From Octopus sinensis (lineage: Eukaryota), in NCBI RefSeq assembly GCF_006345805.1, contig NW_021827850.1, forward strand, positions 1 through 9,593: 9,593 nucleotides of DNA, in the 5' to 3' direction. The translations under genes were made by a program, and so were the position numbers. How positions within the stretch are numbered: the stretch's first letter is position 1; each line of letters begins with the position of its first letter. Below, in pieces: positions 8,160 to 9,593 of this stretch. The notes beneath the pieces are model-generated. The model was not told the origin of the DNA. It made no database searches and saw only the letters and a list, made by a program, of their open reading frames with translations.

Positions 8160-8348
8160 TGGAATCCTTGATTGGCCCTGAGGAGATGTGTTCGTTATAA
8201 GGGAACTTATTATTTTTCTACTTCATTTTTGTTGCTCTATTTTACTTGATGAATCTCCCAGCCCCTCTGTGTTCATATTCCGTCCAGGCACTATACGCCC
8301 CCTACCGCCCCTAACATCATGGGCACTTGGGCCCTTGTGCTCAATAAA
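8160..8348 (+). mobile_element. probable 3' UTR remnant of a second L1/Tx1-related LINE
   Basis: Exact 15-mer TCCTTGATTGGCCCT (8165-8179) shared with the LINE UTR (2561-2547), then a T-rich tract, CCCAGCC (8257-8263), a stem-loop and AATAAA (8343-8348) in the same order and similar spacing. Confidence 0.6.
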
Positions 8349-8439
8349 GCAATGATTAATATAGTTATTAGGTCGATTATGTTTTCTTCATTTTTTTACT
8401 TTTGCTTCTTCCGGTTGATAATAACCGGAAGTAGAAATC

Positions 8440-8470
8440 AAATATTGAGGATCGATGTAATTGACTAAAA
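8440..8470 (+). mobile_element. short SINE-B fragment (hairpin module)
   Basis: TGAGGATCGATGTAATTGACTAA resembles TGGGGTCGATGTAATCGACT; weaker similarity may extend back to GGTCGA at 8371. Confidence 0.5.
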
Positions 8471-8501
8471 CGTCACCTCCCGTCCATCCACTCTCCTAAC
8501 C

Positions 8502-8696
8502 ATATGCGTATGTGTGTGTGTATGTGTGTGTATGCCTCTGTGTTTATGAGTGTGCGTTATACATATATGTGTATGTGTATACATGGATATATATGTATAC
8601 ATGTATGCACGTGTATATATGTACAAGTGTATGAGTGTGTATATATATATATATATGTATACATGTATACATGTGTATATATGCATGTGTGTATGC

Positions 8697-8734
<38 letters not shown>

Positions 8735-8810
8735 TGCCCACATATGCATATATATACGTATAGATGTAAGCATGTGCATAAACGTGTGTTTATATGCATA
8801 TATATATATA
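8502..8810. repeat. degenerate (TG)n/(TA)n microsatellite field
   Basis: Seen directly. Confidence 0.9.
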
Positions 8811-8812
8811 CT

Positions 8813-8872
8813 CTTCACTCTTTAATTCTTTCAGTCATTTAACTGCGGTCATGCTGGAGCACCGCCTTTAGT
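8813..8872 (-). mobile_element. SINE family A 3'-tail fragment (5'-truncated)
   Basis: Minus strand ACTAAAGGCGGTGCTCCAGCATGACCGCAGTTAAATGACTGAAA matches 719-763, followed by an A-rich tail. Confidence 0.85.
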
Positions 8873-8874
8873 TA

Positions 8875-8901
8875 TTATACATTATTTTTTGTATTATATA
8901 T

Positions 8902-8947
<46 letters not shown>

Positions 8948-8992
8948 ATAATCAAATGTCATATAATAAACATATCACATTTATATTATATA

Positions 8993-9027
<35 letters not shown>

Positions 9028-9128
9028 ATATATATATACGTATTTATGTGTATATCTACGTAGCTATGTTTGCACGGATCTGTAATAATCTATCTAATAT
9101 CGACTATCTATCTATATCTATATCTATA

Positions 9129-9159
<31 letters not shown>

Positions 9160-9221
9160 CCATAGATAACACGCAAACACAAACGCGCGTAGACACACTT
9201 ACACACTCGCACGCGCACGCA

Positions 9222-9252
<31 letters not shown>

Positions 9253-9262
9253 ACACACGCGT
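8875..9262. repeat. (TA)n, (TATCTA)n, (CA)n/(CG)n microsatellite field
   Basis: Seen directly. Confidence 0.9.
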
Positions 9263-9323
9263 CAAAGATGCCTTTCAGATGTCTGTTATTAATAATTGTG
9301 TAGCAGTGGATTTGTAATCATCA

Positions 9324-9394
9324 GTGTTGTTGTTATTGCCGCTGCTGTTGCTGTTGTTGTTGTTGCGGTCGTCGTCGTTATTGTTGTTGTTGTT
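9324..9394. repeat. compound (GTT)/(GCT)/(GTC) microsatellite
   Basis: Seen directly. Confidence 0.9.
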
Positions 9395-9593
9395 GGAACA
9401 TTACAAATTAATTTCAAAGATGTCAGATCCTTGTAAACTTTAAACAGGAACAAGAAACAGGTCACGTGACTCGATGTAAGATAACTTGTTTTCGCCAATT
9501 CCACTGGATGTCCTGTTCAAGCAGTTCCGTTCTACATCTGAACTTTCTATGTCAGTCTGTATGTCGTCTTTACCTTCTCCCTCTCTCTCTCTC

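Overview
Eukaryotic, gene-poor, microsatellite-saturated DNA made mostly of simple repeats and decayed transposable elements. The SINE sequences and microsatellite density look like an octopus (coleoid cephalopod) intron or intergenic region; this is recognition from memory, not a database result. No intact protein-coding gene is supportable, and almost all ORFs in the track are microsatellite translations. Supported elements: (i) a tRNA-headed, CORE-like SINE family ('A', 4 copies or fragments); (ii) a second tRNA-headed SINE family with a Meta/MESC-like central domain ('B': 2 dimers with a 180-nt period, 3 older monomers, 1 fragment); (iii) a decayed 3' end of an L1/Tx1-clade LINE with the ORF2 CCHC zinc finger and 3' UTR, plus a probable second related 3' UTR; (iv) a ~390-bp non-autonomous Helitron inserted at an A|T site in a SINE tail; (v) a lone mariner-like TIR. 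The most unusual signals are the apparently permuted structure of the two SINE-B dimers, a two-hairpin module shared by both SINE families, a stem-loop+AATAAA end shared by two divergent LINE 3' UTRs, and a three-helix pseudoknot-like arrangement in unique sequence at 6303-6375.
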